A stretch of DNA of 64,000 bases, taken from an uncultured bacterium. Its GTDB lineage: Bacteria > Patescibacteriota > Minisyncoccia > Phycocordibacterales > CAIZLB01. Below the pieces are notes generated by a model. That model was not told the origin of the DNA. It saw only the letters and a list, made by a program, of their open reading frames with translations, and searched no databases. Location: NCBI GenBank assembly GCA_903933735.1, contig CAIZLB010000006.1:3750-67749 (forward strand), given 5' to 3'. Shown piece by piece: positions 41,482 through 52,404 of this stretch. The position numbers were made by a program, and so were the translations under genes. Position 1 is the stretch's first letter; the number at the start of each line of letters is the position of its first letter.

Positions 41482-42258
41482 ATGGCATCAAAACTCACAA
41501 AAGTCGTCGCAAACTTCGAGACATCACTCGCAACTAAACTCGGAAACGGTGCCGTTTCAGGTGCTTTGACTAGCGTAATTGATAAGAACGGCGTAGCACT
41601 TCCCGATGCAAAGTACTGCATGATCGTTGATCGAGGAACCGGAGATGAAGAACATCTACTCTTCGACCTTACCGGGAATGCGATAGCAAATATTATCAGC
41701 ATTTCACGACAAGGAGCTCAGACACCAGGAGTGCAAAATCTAAATGGGCATCGTGCGGGAGCAAAGTGTTATCTTACCGACTTCGTTAATTTGAAAATTA
41801 TCGTCGATATGTTGAACGGTGATGAGCCGTTCAACGGATCAAAACCTCTTAAATACGATTCAGCGCCCGCACTTAGTGATCCTCGTCATATTCCCGATAA
41901 GGAATATACGGATTCGGCACTCGCAGGAAAAGCCGAGCTTGATGGCAATAATGTCTTCACTGGAGAAAACTCCTTTACTCAATCACCGAGTATTCCAAAT
42001 GCTGCGACATCAAATCAGCCGGTCACATTGTCACAACTTATGGTCGCGGCACTCGTGGGAATTCCTGCAGGTTTTGAAAACGTGGACATTGTCAGGAATC
42101 AAGACGGATGCGTTCGATCCATTCATGACAACGTGAACGGAAAAACATATGTCATGGAGTACGACCCAAATGGATATGTACAAGCCATTTATGACGGATC
42201 GACAAAGACAAAAATAACCAGTGTCGACGGCCGACTTATTAGCAAAGTAACAAATTAA
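41482..42258 (+). CDS. Tail fibre/adaptor protein
   Basis: ANFETSLA...SRQG...HRAGA N-terminal anchor; K.YTD..L.GKA.L.G.N.FTG fibre shaft repeat. Confidence 0.65.
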   Translation: MASKLTKVVANFETSLATKLGNGAVSGALTSVIDKNGVALPDAKYCMIVDRGTGDEEHLLFDLTGNAIANIISISRQGAQTPGVQNLNGHRAGAKCYLTDFVNLKIIVDMLNGDEPFNGSKPLKYDSAPALSDPRHIPDKEYTDSALAGKAELDGNNVFTGENSFTQSPSIPNAATSNQPVTLSQLMVAALVGIPAGFENVDIVRNQDGCVRSIHDNVNGKTYVMEYDPNGYVQAIYDGSTKTKITSVDGRLISKVTN

Positions 42259-42268
42259 AAATAAATTT

Positions 42269-44365
42269 ATGAGCGTAACACTATTTACAGACAAAAAACC
42301 ACAAGCTGTTTCTCCAAAAGGTGAATGGCTTTTCCCTCAAGTGATGATGATGGAAGTAAACCGCCTCGGGCAGGTGAGGTATCCAGCAGTAAAGGCCAGG
42401 GGAACTCTTACTCTTGCCCTTAATGTATCAAACGGCGAAACAGTACTCATTGGTTCAAAGACATATGTCTTCGTGAATACGCTCACGGGTGTAGACGGGC
42501 AAGTGAAGATCGGAGCCTCGAAAGAGGAATCAATTGCGAACCTTATCGCAGCAATTAATCTTGATGGAACTCCAAACTCCCAGTACACAACACAAACAAC
42601 TCTGCATCCTGCTGTGTATGCAAAGGTAGGTCCGACCACGGCAAAATTACTTGCTGTCGCTAAAGTGGGCGGTGTTTCCGGCAACTCAATCGCTCTTGGC
42701 GAGACTCTTGTTGGTGCTGGAAACCAATGGGATGCTGCAACCCTTGGAACGACTGTGGCCGGTGCAGACGAATCTGATGCTGACTCGCTCATTCACCCTC
42801 ACTACTACGGAGGCGTGAACAACAACTCTGGTCAGCAGTACAACGTTCGTGAACTTTATTATCACGGAAGTGGAGAAGAAGATGCATCTGACGATAGGTT
42901 GTGGCAGCACAGACACGCTGTAATGAATTTCCCAATGAAGGAATACAAGCTTCTTGCTGGCGCAACCAGAAAATTGTTCCTGCCGAACCACTTAGATCGA
43001 CTTGTAAAACGAATCGACGTTCTGAATGTTAAGTCATTCATCAAGAGACCAGAATGGCAATCAACAATCTCATCACCTTTTGCGGAAAGCACAAGCAACA
43101 TCACATTTCATACAGTAGAAATGGGTGATGACAGATTTGCACTTTTCTACCGACAACAGGCGGGAACATCAGGAATCTACGTCATCATTGGACAACTTGC
43201 ATCAAACGGAATTATTACATGGGGAACTCCCACAATTATCACGACACTCGACCAGTTCGATTCAAACTTTGATGCTGTCCTCGTAAGTACAAATAAAATA
43301 CTCTGCACGTTTGGACATGGGGCAAGTACGTTTACTCATACAGCCTCAATTACTGTATCGGGAACTGTGGCATCGGTGAACACTCCGGTCCAAGTTGTTG
43401 CCACAAACTTCACTTGGAAAAAGCTCTGCAAGCTAGATAATGACAAAGCACTTCTTGCTGTATTTACAGGAACAACATTATCGATTTATGTTGTCACTCT
43501 CTCGGGTACTGTACCTTCGTACGGATCAGTAGTGAACCAAGCAACATCACAATATCCGCATATCGTTCAAAATGGAACCGATAAGGCACAACTGGTCTTC
43601 TGGGACAGCACAGCATCCCGTGTGAAATCCTCTGTGATTACTGTGACAGGTACGACTCCAACAATTCAAGCATCTATTGTAATTGGATATGAAGGCAGCT
43701 TTTCTTACAAAGCAAATAATCTTGTTCAAGTAGCAACCGATAAGTTCGTCTACTACCACTACAACGGAAATCTTCACCCATACCGCGGTCGTGATCGAGC
43801 AAAATTTGTCATGCTCAATATCACAGCAAACACGACAGCCATTTCACATACACTCGAGATGAGAAATGGTGTATATGACGGAAACCTTAACTACTTCAAA
43901 AAGTTAGATGCAAATAACTGGATGATTTGGAACAAACCACAGGGTCGTGTAGGAAAGATGACACTTGATCTCACAAATAACCAGATGACAATCAATGATA
44001 TTCCTTATCAACATAGTATCTGGGATAACGGTACCTATCAGACAAACTTCATGCAAAAAAGCGCGGAAACAAATAATATCCAGCGCTCTCCAGAACCAGC
44101 AATTACAACAAATGGATGGGTGTTCGTTGCTACTGACAACAACATAAATGGAGGAATCGTGGCGTGGACTGACAAAACATTCAGCTTTGAAGTTTATCTC
44201 GATGATGAACTTGTCGGTACATACAACAAGACAGTTCCAGGTGCTATCGAAGGTGTAATTGTTCGAATCCCACTCAACCGATTTGAAGTGGCACTAAAAA
44301 TCAAGAATCCAGGAGCGGTCGACCTGTTCTTCATGATGCCTAACCTCGTAACTTCAATCGAATAA
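42269..44365 (+). CDS. Tail fibre/receptor-binding protein with beta-propeller-like repeats
   Basis: Repeated V(T/S)(V/L)SGT.(P/S).G / DK(F/A) blades. Confidence 0.6.
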   Translation: MSVTLFTDKKPQAVSPKGEWLFPQVMMMEVNRLGQVRYPAVKARGTLTLALNVSNGETVLIGSKTYVFVNTLTGVDGQVKIGASKEESIANLIAAINLDGTPNSQYTTQTTLHPAVYAKVGPTTAKLLAVAKVGGVSGNSIALGETLVGAGNQWDAATLGTTVAGADESDADSLIHPHYYGGVNNNSGQQYNVRELYYHGSGEEDASDDRLWQHRHAVMNFPMKEYKLLAGATRKLFLPNHLDRLVKRIDVLNVKSFIKRPEWQSTISSPFAESTSNITFHTVEMGDDRFALFYRQQAGTSGIYVIIGQLASNGIITWGTPTIITTLDQFDSNFDAVLVSTNKILCTFGHGASTFTHTASITVSGTVASVNTPVQVVATNFTWKKLCKLDNDKALLAVFTGTTLSIYVVTLSGTVPSYGSVVNQATSQYPHIVQNGTDKAQLVFWDSTASRVKSSVITVTGTTPTIQASIVIGYEGSFSYKANNLVQVATDKFVYYHYNGNLHPYRGRDRAKFVMLNITANTTAISHTLEMRNGVYDGNLNYFKKLDANNWMIWNKPQGRVGKMTLDLTNNQMTINDIPYQHSIWDNGTYQTNFMQKSAETNNIQRSPEPAITTNGWVFVATDNNINGGIVAWTDKTFSFEVYLDDELVGTYNKTVPGAIEGVIVRIPLNRFEVALKIKNPGAVDLFFMMPNLVTSIE

Positions 44366-44369
44366 AACA

Positions 44370-45938
44370 ATGAATTCCTACACGATACAGTACGGCGATA
44401 CCTTAAGTGGAATCGCATCAAAGACGGGTAAGAGCGTTCAGGAACTGATGCGTCTCAATCCGTCTATTACTGATCCCAACAAAATATATGCTGGGCGCTC
44501 TTTGTCGTTGGGAAATTCAACACCCGCACCCGCATCTACACCTGCTCCTGCATCAAATAATTCAAAGCAGACTATTGCTCAGGTGGCAAAAGTAACGGTC
44601 CCGACTTATGTTGAAGATCCAACAACGACACAAATAGGAAAAAGCTACAAGTCCCAAGCTACTGACACCGTAAACGAAGAAGCTGTCAGATCAGCTACAA
44701 GAGCACGTATTCAGGGGCAAATTGACGCCATAAATGCCGCTGTGAGCGATCAAATAGCAAACTTCAGGAATACCACAGGGAAGAATCGCCAAGGCCAATC
44801 GTACGCCCTCGCAGCAGCTGGTGGCCGAATTGGAAGTGCAACTGGAGAGGCGGAATTTAGGACAACAGAAGACTATAACAATCAAGAGGAGCAGACATAC
44901 CGAAGTGAGGCGAATGTGAAGATCTCACAATTACTAGGTGCTTCAATGCGGGATGCTCAGGCAGAAATTGAAGCGAAGCGTACTGCAATCAAAGAAGGTG
45001 CTGAAAAGTACTTCCAGTTCCTCGAGACACAAGGTCAACGAAAGAAAGATCAGATCACATCATTCCTCAAAAACATGCTCGCACTTGGAGTTGATCCAAA
45101 AGAAATTAGTGATGCTGACTTTGAAAACATTCAAGATCAGTATGGATTCAGTAAAGATCAGCTTGTCTCGTTGTTTGGTGATCTGAAAGCGCAAAAAGTA
45201 GCTGCTGATCAGGAAGCACAAATGGATGCAGCTGATCTTGATCAAAAGAAAGCAACTACAGAAAAAACACGAGCTGAAATAAATCAATTTGATCTTAGTG
45301 AGGGTCAGGCTCGATATGTTTATGATCCTGAAACCCGGAAGACGACAGTCATTGCTTCAAAAGCAAAAACGTATGCACCAACAGGTGGTGGTACTTCATC
45401 TGACCCTGTTATTGATTCATGGGTAAGTCAGATTAATGGCGGAAAGGCTACGATCGCAAACGTACCGGCGAACCTTAAGAACGCTGTCATCACCGCACTC
45501 AATAACTCGACACCACAAGATTCAGGCTATCAGATAAGCAATCTCAAAGGCGCACTCGATAATGTACAAAAGCTCAAAGGTGCGGCAGGTCCTAGTGCAA
45601 TAAGCAGAAAGCTCGGTGACGTTTTTGTTGGTGATTCTTCATTTAGACAACTTGAGGCGTACGTAGATACTGTTAAATCAAATCTTCTTACTCTGGTAAC
45701 AGATCCAAATATTAAAAAGTTCTTCGGTCCGCAGATGTCTAACCGTGACGTTGAGCTCATGACTTCAACTGCGTCATCTCTTGATGCGCAACGCTTAAGT
45801 CCTGAACAGATTCAGGCAGAAGTAGATAAGGTCAATGCCTTCTTGGTGAAATACGAAGCTGCCCGCAATAGCAGTGGTCTTGTCGATACCACAGCTACAC
45901 CAGAACAAAATGCATTAAGGACTAAATATCAATACTAA
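44370..45938 (+). CDS. LysM-domain virion (ejection/pilot) protein
   Basis: YTIQYGDTLSGIA...ELMRLNP.I.DPNKIYAG..L LysM followed by helical Q/A-rich region. Confidence 0.75.
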   Translation: MNSYTIQYGDTLSGIASKTGKSVQELMRLNPSITDPNKIYAGRSLSLGNSTPAPASTPAPASNNSKQTIAQVAKVTVPTYVEDPTTTQIGKSYKSQATDTVNEEAVRSATRARIQGQIDAINAAVSDQIANFRNTTGKNRQGQSYALAAAGGRIGSATGEAEFRTTEDYNNQEEQTYRSEANVKISQLLGASMRDAQAEIEAKRTAIKEGAEKYFQFLETQGQRKKDQITSFLKNMLALGVDPKEISDADFENIQDQYGFSKDQLVSLFGDLKAQKVAADQEAQMDAADLDQKKATTEKTRAEINQFDLSEGQARYVYDPETRKTTVIASKAKTYAPTGGGTSSDPVIDSWVSQINGGKATIANVPANLKNAVITALNNSTPQDSGYQISNLKGALDNVQKLKGAAGPSAISRKLGDVFVGDSSFRQLEAYVDTVKSNLLTLVTDPNIKKFFGPQMSNRDVELMTSTASSLDAQRLSPEQIQAEVDKVNAFLVKYEAARNSSGLVDTTATPEQNALRTKYQY

Positions 45939-45939
45939 A

Positions 45940-48282
45940 ATGCTTACAGAATCCAGAAGACAACAACTTGATAAGATCGTTCAGCAAATGGTCGCTAACA
46001 AAGAAAGCGATGCGAATATTCAATTTGTCGTAAATGACTTCAAACAGAAATATGGAAATGAAGTTCAAGCTCCAACAACTCAAGAGCCAGAGAAAAAAAG
46101 TCTTGGCTCAAAGATTTGGAGTGGAACGAAAGCTGTAGGCAATGCGCTCATCTCAAGTGAGAAAAAATTCGGGAAGAGCATTGCAGATGCTTTGCCCTCG
46201 TTTGTGCCTGGGAGTGCAGCATGGACAAATAAACAGAATGAGGAACTCATGGCACAAAGTCAGGAAATTACTGACAATCTTTTGAAAACCATCAAGCAGA
46301 AAAAAGAAAGAGGCGAAGACACATCTCGTCTCGAAGTGGCACTTCAGCAGCACCTAAAAGATACAAGCCAGCCCCCGATTGATATCAATGAGACAAATGC
46401 GAGTGTAAATAAAACAGCGAAGCAAATATTCGGAGAAGGTCTTGGTGTGGCTGTAGATATTCTTTCAGCAGGATCATACGGTAAAGCAGCTCAAGGTGCT
46501 CAAAGCGGAAAACTTCTTATTGCAGGAAAAACATCTGGGAAAGTTGCAACTGTTCTCGGTAAAGCAGGGATAGGAAGCACAGTCTCACCTGCAGCCGGAG
46601 CATTACCAAGCATTATCGGTGGAGGCACAAAAGCTCAAGCTTTTCTTAAGGGTGCATGGCAAGGTGCAAAACAAGGTCTGACGTCCGGTTCTGTATGGGG
46701 AACAGCCCAAGGAGCAACCCGAGCAATGCAAGACAACAAAAGTAATTCGGAGATCGTCGAAGATGCTCTTACTGGCGGTGTGATTGGGGGTGCAGCTGGT
46801 GGAACTGTCGGAGCGATTGTTGGCGGTACAAGCGGATATTTAAATCGTCGAAGGGAAATCAACAACATGCTTAAACCTTCAATGACTCCCGATGAGACTA
46901 TCAATTCGCTTCATGACGAAATTGCTAAGCATGCTGATGAAGATTCATTCAAAGCTGCAATCAAAAACGGCGATTTGAGCATTGATCAGGTTTATCAAAA
47001 AGATGGTGCTCTTAATCCCGAACTTGCTAAGGGGCGCATTGATGATATTGCAACAAATTTGGATATGAATGTTCCAGGTGCAGGAGAAAAATACCGAACA
47101 CTCATTGATCCTAATAAAACAACCTTTGACGAATTGATCTCAAAGGCAGATGACGTGATTGATGAAAGTAGAAAGATTCCAGCTGATGTAATTAACTATT
47201 CTGTAGGTGCGGACGGTAAAAAAGTTGTTGATGCAAAAGCAACAGAAGCTCTAAAGTCAGGTATTGCAGACCAAGATGTTGCCTTTATTAAGAACGCCTC
47301 TCCTGAAGATAAAAAAATATTTGATAAAGCTATGAAAGTTGCGGAGCAGGCATCAAAAGATAAGACATACTCACGTCAGCCAATCGAACAGGCTGGAAAA
47401 ATACTCATTGAACAGGCTGATACAGTCGAAAGCGCACGTCAAAAAGTTGGTCAAGATCTTGGTGTTTTGAGATCGAAACTTGGCAACACCCCTGTCACAA
47501 TCACCGATACAGCTGATATTTTCTATAAAGACCTTGATGATGCCGGAATAAAAATAACTAACGATGGTCTCGATTTCTCAAACTCTAAGTACGCAAATGT
47601 TCCTAAGGTCCAGAAGATAATCGAAAGCGTTCACCAGAGAATCTCCAATCTTGGAGAACAATCAAACGTAAAGACTGTGGACATGATCAGACAGCAACTC
47701 GGAACTGAAGTTGATCTCGGAACTCTTGAAGGAAACCTCGATAAAAGTGCAAAGCGAATCCTTCAAAAAGTATATGGAGGACTGGGAGACAATATCGCAT
47801 ACATCGATACCGATTATGCGGAGCTTTCAAATGAGTATTCAAAGCTTACTAGTGCGATGGATTATTTCCAGCGTGCTCTCGGAAAAGACTTTGAAGCAAC
47901 AAAGATCGATTCATCACTTAGAGCCGGAGAGGTTGGCCGAAGAATTCTCGGTAACGCTTCATCACGCCCTCTATCGATTGTGCAGAATATCCAGGATCTC
48001 GCAAGGCAGTATGGATATAACAAGAATATCGATGCAAGAAGTCAGTTCTTATTTGCAAATTTTCTTGAAGACTTGTTCGGTACGACTCAGTCACAAAGTC
48101 TCCAGCAGCAAATCACAAAAGGTGTGAATACCGCAGAGGAAGCAACCGGAGCACTTACCGATGTCGCCACAGGAAATGCCTCAGGATTGCTTTCAAAGGC
48201 TGTAAGGAAAGGAATAAACTTAGTACGAAACATTACACCTGAAAGACAAATCGAAGCTGTGCGAGCTCTAATCTCTCAATAA
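45940..48282 (+). CDS. Large internal virion/DNA-ejection protein
   Basis: 780 aa, Gly/Ala-rich membrane-like segment; podovirus gene order. Confidence 0.6.
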   Translation: MLTESRRQQLDKIVQQMVANKESDANIQFVVNDFKQKYGNEVQAPTTQEPEKKSLGSKIWSGTKAVGNALISSEKKFGKSIADALPSFVPGSAAWTNKQNEELMAQSQEITDNLLKTIKQKKERGEDTSRLEVALQQHLKDTSQPPIDINETNASVNKTAKQIFGEGLGVAVDILSAGSYGKAAQGAQSGKLLIAGKTSGKVATVLGKAGIGSTVSPAAGALPSIIGGGTKAQAFLKGAWQGAKQGLTSGSVWGTAQGATRAMQDNKSNSEIVEDALTGGVIGGAAGGTVGAIVGGTSGYLNRRREINNMLKPSMTPDETINSLHDEIAKHADEDSFKAAIKNGDLSIDQVYQKDGALNPELAKGRIDDIATNLDMNVPGAGEKYRTLIDPNKTTFDELISKADDVIDESRKIPADVINYSVGADGKKVVDAKATEALKSGIADQDVAFIKNASPEDKKIFDKAMKVAEQASKDKTYSRQPIEQAGKILIEQADTVESARQKVGQDLGVLRSKLGNTPVTITDTADIFYKDLDDAGIKITNDGLDFSNSKYANVPKVQKIIESVHQRISNLGEQSNVKTVDMIRQQLGTEVDLGTLEGNLDKSAKRILQKVYGGLGDNIAYIDTDYAELSNEYSKLTSAMDYFQRALGKDFEATKIDSSLRAGEVGRRILGNASSRPLSIVQNIQDLARQYGYNKNIDARSQFLFANFLEDLFGTTQSQSLQQQITKGVNTAEEATGALTDVATGNASGLLSKAVRKGINLVRNITPERQIEAVRALISQ

Positions 48283-48321
48283 AGTAATACACCCTTTTTT
48301 GTCGCAAGGGACATCTATGCT
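48283..48321 (+). promoter_or_regulatory. Putative late promoter 4 (lysis cassette)
   Basis: AGTAATACACC-N6-TGT-N13-TATGCT. Confidence 0.7.
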
Positions 48322-48327
48322 TTAGGT

Positions 48328-48609
48328 ATGGAAAAACAAGAGACGTTCAAGAAATTTTTATATAACCAGGTCTCTCTGGTAATTGGAATCGTCGGCGTGT
48401 CATTCGGAATCTTTAACATGCTCCAAGCACCAAAGAGTGATATTCAGGTTATCGAAGCTCTCAATAATATTCGAGATAACCACATTCATACAATCGAAGA
48501 AAACGTAAAACGACTAGACCAAGCGAACACCGAACGCTATCGGGATACAAGCGAGCGATTGATAAAAATTGAAACAATCCTCGATGAACGATTACCAGCT
48601 AAAAAATAA
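48328..48609 (+). CDS. Single-TM coiled-coil lysis-module protein (holin-like)
   Basis: One TM helix then coiled coil, before endolysin. Confidence 0.55.
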   Translation: MEKQETFKKFLYNQVSLVIGIVGVSFGIFNMLQAPKSDIQVIEALNNIRDNHIHTIEENVKRLDQANTERYRDTSERLIKIETILDERLPAKK

Positions 48610-48612
48610 TTT

Positions 48613-49218
48613 ATGAATATATCATTTCAACAAACACCAAATTACTCAGTTGGTCCTACAAAGAAAGCCATTGTGGTTTTGCATTTTACGCTTGGTTCAT
48701 ATGGCGGCGCAGTGAGCTGGCTCTCAAATGCGAATAGACCAAACCGATCCTCTTCACATTTTGTGATTGGTAGAAAGCCTGGTGAAATAGTCCAGCTAGT
48801 AAAAATTACTGACATAGCATGGCATGCAGGAGTAATAAGTAACCCAAACGATAGAGCAAAAAAAGTAATGCTCAAGAATCTGGATGGCTCATGGGTCAAT
48901 CCAAATCAATACACTATAGGAATTGAACTCGCGGCAGGATATGACGTGGATCAGGATGGTGTTGTTGAATCAAACGAAAATGACATAACCGAATGGCAAT
49001 ATGACCAACTTATAGAACTTATAAAATCATTTTCAAACAATCCGGAGACGGCATTCGTACTTGATCCAAAAAATATCATCATCCATGGAGATATAACCGA
49101 CTATAAAGAAAAACCAGAAAATGTACGAAATGAAGTAATAAAAAAACTATTCACTCAGTCGGTCCCAAACAGGGAAGTGATAAAGGCACAAATTATTAAT
49201 CTATTAAACCAATTATAG
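48613..49218 (+). CDS. Endolysin, N-acetylmuramoyl-L-alanine amidase (Amidase_2)
   Basis: IVVLHFT, SSHFVI, AWHAG, N..TIGIEL, IIIHGDI. Confidence 0.9.
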   Translation: MNISFQQTPNYSVGPTKKAIVVLHFTLGSYGGAVSWLSNANRPNRSSSHFVIGRKPGEIVQLVKITDIAWHAGVISNPNDRAKKVMLKNLDGSWVNPNQYTIGIELAAGYDVDQDGVVESNENDITEWQYDQLIELIKSFSNNPETAFVLDPKNIIIHGDITDYKEKPENVRNEVIKKLFTQSVPNREVIKAQIINLLNQL

Positions 49219-49220
49219 CT

Positions 49221-49397
49221 ATGGAAATATTAAAATCAGCATCAAAAGTAGTTTTTATTCTGATGGCAGTGGCGACCATTGCTGGGATGTTTGTGGGTAG
49301 AATTGATCCTAAAGATTTTATGATCCTAGCATCAATGGCATTCTCATTTTACTTTGCAAATAAAGGGGAAACGAATGTCCCGTTTGCCGGTAAATAA
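49221..49397 (+). CDS. Small 2-TM holin (58 aa, not in ORF track)
   Basis: MEILKSASKVVFILMAVATIAGMFVGRIDPKDFMILASMAFSFYFANKG; FYF.K ending typical of small holins. Confidence 0.7.
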   Translation: MEILKSASKVVFILMAVATIAGMFVGRIDPKDFMILASMAFSFYFANKGETNVPFAGK

Positions 49398-49445
49398 ATT
49401 CTCTGTTCAAAACACTAAAAAAAGTGTAGAATTATAGAGTAATTT

Positions 49446-51089
49446 ATGGCTGAAAATAACACTATAATTCCTGAGGAAGCGTATCTACTCGGTCTCATAA
49501 CAGGCCGAGGTCATTTCTTCATGGATAGCTTTTCAATCGCAATTGAATTCTCACACACAAATGAATTTATTGCTGGGATTGCTCATTGCCCAAAATGTGG
49601 GTGGTTAGCAACTGACAATAAAAATGGCGGACTAAAATGTAAAAATCCAGAATGCGGTCACATTCTAGACTCGTCAGTAAAAAAGACATACAATCAACCA
49701 CTTTCTACAGTCGAATCTTTAAAAAATGTGATTATACCTTTTCTAAAGACCGGTATTAATGCTGAATTTGATATTACAGGAAATAAGTCCATGACAATTC
49801 TAGTTATTGATTTAAAAAATGACAAAGACAAATTCAAGGATATAACAAGATTTTTTTCACCGGACACAAGTTTCGATAGATTTCATATTCCGAAAGAATT
49901 AGAGACTGCAACAAAAGAAGCAAAAATAGAATTTGTGAATGGATTACTTGATACATCTGGTTTTGCAAATGCGGGTGGTTGGTTAAATCGTGATGGAAAA
50001 AATGGACACGGAAGAATGAGAGTTTACTATCAAATAGTTAGAAACTGGCATCTCCCCGTAGAAATCGATAACTTCATGCGTTCGCAATTTAATCTCCCAA
50101 TACATACGATAGACTGGGGTCATCCAAATATTCGAGATGGTAATTTAAATGACTTTTATGAGACAAACCCAACGAGTTGGGGTCGTGAACATCAAATAAA
50201 ATTCTTTCCAGAATATTATGGAGATTTTAAATTCCGTATAAGTTCTAAACAGTCAATGTTTGATGAATTAAAAGCTCATAATCTAGGAGTTAAATTTGAT
50301 AATATTGACGACTGGTTTCCACCTTCAAAAATTACCAAAGGGAAACTCAAGGCATACCATCCGGGAGAAAATGATTTAAGAATTCCAGAATCGGCTCGAA
50401 GACATTTTGATGCTTTCTGGCAGATCAATCTTGCAATGGGGTGCAAATATCTTCAAGGATTGCAAAGTAAATCAAAAAATCCTGATCTTTTTGCTATCAC
50501 CGGTGATATAGAGCTAGATGAGGATTTTTCTAAGATTCAGGCTGAATTTGATATTATTAGAAATGAGCTAACGGAAAATGCAACTAATAAAAAAAGGCCA
50601 GAGAAAGCTCCATCTACAAAGAGAAAAACTGAGAAGGAGATGGCTGAGCAGGCAATGTACGAACCATTAACTGTATTTTTTACAGACTATTTGTCAAAAA
50701 AATATAGTGAACCAGCAGATGCTTTTGATACATCAGCGGGAAATCTAAATCTATTTTTGAAAAATAGAAATCGAGAATTACTTGATGTTTTTGATTATTG
50801 TGATAAGTATCGAATTAAACCAGATGTTGTAGGTTTTCTTGAAAAACAAAAAGCTCTAGCCTTCATTGAAGCAAAAATTACACCACTTGATTTGAAAAGT
50901 CTGGGTCAGCTTATGGGTTATTGCTTCGTTGCACAGCCAATAGAAGCTATTCTCATTTCAACAAAAGAACCGTCACTATCCCTTATTAAAGTACTCAAAG
51001 CACGTCCAGATTTACTACAATATGCTGAAGGTCGAATGATTCAGCTTGCTACACTTCAAAATGGAAAAGTTAACTTCATCAATATTTAA
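49446..51089 (+). CDS. Putative restriction endonuclease large subunit (LAGLIDADG-like + Zn ribbon + PD-(D/E)XK)
   Basis: AYLLGLITGRG and EFVNGLLDTSG; CPKC/CKNPEC; KPDVVG...FIEAK; adjacent MTases. Confidence 0.65.
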   Translation: MAENNTIIPEEAYLLGLITGRGHFFMDSFSIAIEFSHTNEFIAGIAHCPKCGWLATDNKNGGLKCKNPECGHILDSSVKKTYNQPLSTVESLKNVIIPFLKTGINAEFDITGNKSMTILVIDLKNDKDKFKDITRFFSPDTSFDRFHIPKELETATKEAKIEFVNGLLDTSGFANAGGWLNRDGKNGHGRMRVYYQIVRNWHLPVEIDNFMRSQFNLPIHTIDWGHPNIRDGNLNDFYETNPTSWGREHQIKFFPEYYGDFKFRISSKQSMFDELKAHNLGVKFDNIDDWFPPSKITKGKLKAYHPGENDLRIPESARRHFDAFWQINLAMGCKYLQGLQSKSKNPDLFAITGDIELDEDFSKIQAEFDIIRNELTENATNKKRPEKAPSTKRKTEKEMAEQAMYEPLTVFFTDYLSKKYSEPADAFDTSAGNLNLFLKNRNRELLDVFDYCDKYRIKPDVVGFLEKQKALAFIEAKITPLDLKSLGQLMGYCFVAQPIEAILISTKEPSLSLIKVLKARPDLLQYAEGRMIQLATLQNGKVNFINI

Positions 51090-51093
51090 TTAT

Positions 51094-51597
51094 ATGGACA
51101 AAAATATTTTTACAAACAAATTAAAGAATTGGCTAAATAATTTTTTGAATATAAAATTTTCTGAAACACATGAAGTTGTATCTGTTTTAATACCAGAGAC
51201 GAGTCTGGCGAAAATGAATAATGATGCTATTAAACAAATAGCAAATTATTCTACATGGGAATTTAAACCAGATGTACTCGGTATTTTAAAAAATAAGAAA
51301 AATTCTCGTTTAGAATTGGTACTACTCAACAGATCAACATCCGCACTCAGTCTTAAAGAATTGGGTGAGATGAATTGTTACGCCAAACTCACTGGCGCTC
51401 TTTTGGCATTTGTCGCTTCTACAAATGGAGTATCCAATGAAGTAAACATCCTTCTACTTGAGGATAAAATAAGACAGAGAGTCCTTAGCTATGGGGAAGG
51501 ACAAGATATTATTGTCGTTGGTTGGGATGAAAAAAATGACCAAATCAGCGAAGATTCAGTCATTCCTTTCTCAAAAAAAGATTTTATTGTTAACTAA
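51094..51597 (+). CDS. Putative REase small subunit (paralog of upstream nuclease domain)
   Basis: KPDVLG...LSLKELGEMNCY versus KPDVVG...LDLKSLGQLMGY. Confidence 0.55.
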   Translation: MDKNIFTNKLKNWLNNFLNIKFSETHEVVSVLIPETSLAKMNNDAIKQIANYSTWEFKPDVLGILKNKKNSRLELVLLNRSTSALSLKELGEMNCYAKLTGALLAFVASTNGVSNEVNILLLEDKIRQRVLSYGEGQDIIVVGWDEKNDQISEDSVIPFSKKDFIVN

Positions 51598-52403
51598 GCT
51601 CTTTTCCAGTAGACACAAATAAATTCGTGTACCTTATTGAATCTGAATACCCAAGGGTAACCAAGCGTTTTCATATTGTTATATTCTTTCTGTCGGTCCC
51701 ATATAACATACTCTTCAAGTTCAAAACCTATTTCTCGCATTATGCGACTTTGATCTTCGTGCAATGGATAGAATTTATCCTTTTTACGAATATCCATAAC
51801 GACGCAGATACATCGCTTGTTGGGTTTTAGTGTTTTGTAGACCTCAGTATAAACAGTTTTTAGATCTTGGAGAAAAGCCTCGTAGTCGTGAATATTACCA
51901 ATATCATCGTCTGAATCGGAATACTTACGTCCATCTTTCATGTCAGCAGTTCTCTTCATGGTTAAAATATCCCAATATGGCGGTGATGTAACCACTAGGT
52001 CTACTGAATTTGGTTTGACGTGCTTTAAAATGTTTCTTGAATCCTCGCAATAGATCTTGGGTTCAAATCTTTTTACTTTTTTATCAAAATTTTCATCAGC
52101 TTCATGTTTTGTAACTCTACCTTTGGCAATCTCGCAGTAGTCCCTATTTAAATCAAAGCCGATTCCTTTCTTTCCAAGGTTGTGAGCTGCTTTTAATGTT
52201 GAACCAATACCCAGAAAAGGATCGAGAATGACCTCACCAGAATCTTTTGTGTAGATTTTAATGAGTTTCTCGACCAATTGCTGTGGAAACATTGCGGGGT
52301 GCTTCAACTTCCTCTCCTCGGATGTTTTACCAACGTCTCTCCAAATACTAAAGGAGTTTTGTAGCCACTCTTTGCCATTTAAGTTGTTCATTTTTTCAGC
52401 CAT
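51594..52403 (-). CDS. N4-cytosine/N6-adenine DNA methyltransferase
   Basis: HPAMFP, LDPFLGIGST, VTSPPYW. Confidence 0.9.
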   Translation of the reverse strand: MAEKMNNLNGKEWLQNSFSIWRDVGKTSEERKLKHPAMFPQQLVEKLIKIYTKDSGEVILDPFLGIGSTLKAAHNLGKKGIGFDLNRDYCEIAKGRVTKHEADENFDKKVKRFEPKIYCEDSRNILKHVKPNSVDLVVTSPPYWDILTMKRTADMKDGRKYSDSDDDIGNIHDYEAFLQDLKTVYTEVYKTLKPNKRCICVVMDIRKKDKFYPLHEDQSRIMREIGFELEEYVIWDRQKEYNNMKTLGYPWVFRFNKVHEFICVYWKRA

Positions 52404-52404
52404 A

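Noticed and set aside
29026-48899. Numerous antisense and nested ORFs in the ORF track
   Set aside because: Shadows of real genes with no motifs; only the MTase +1 frame shows family-like sequence
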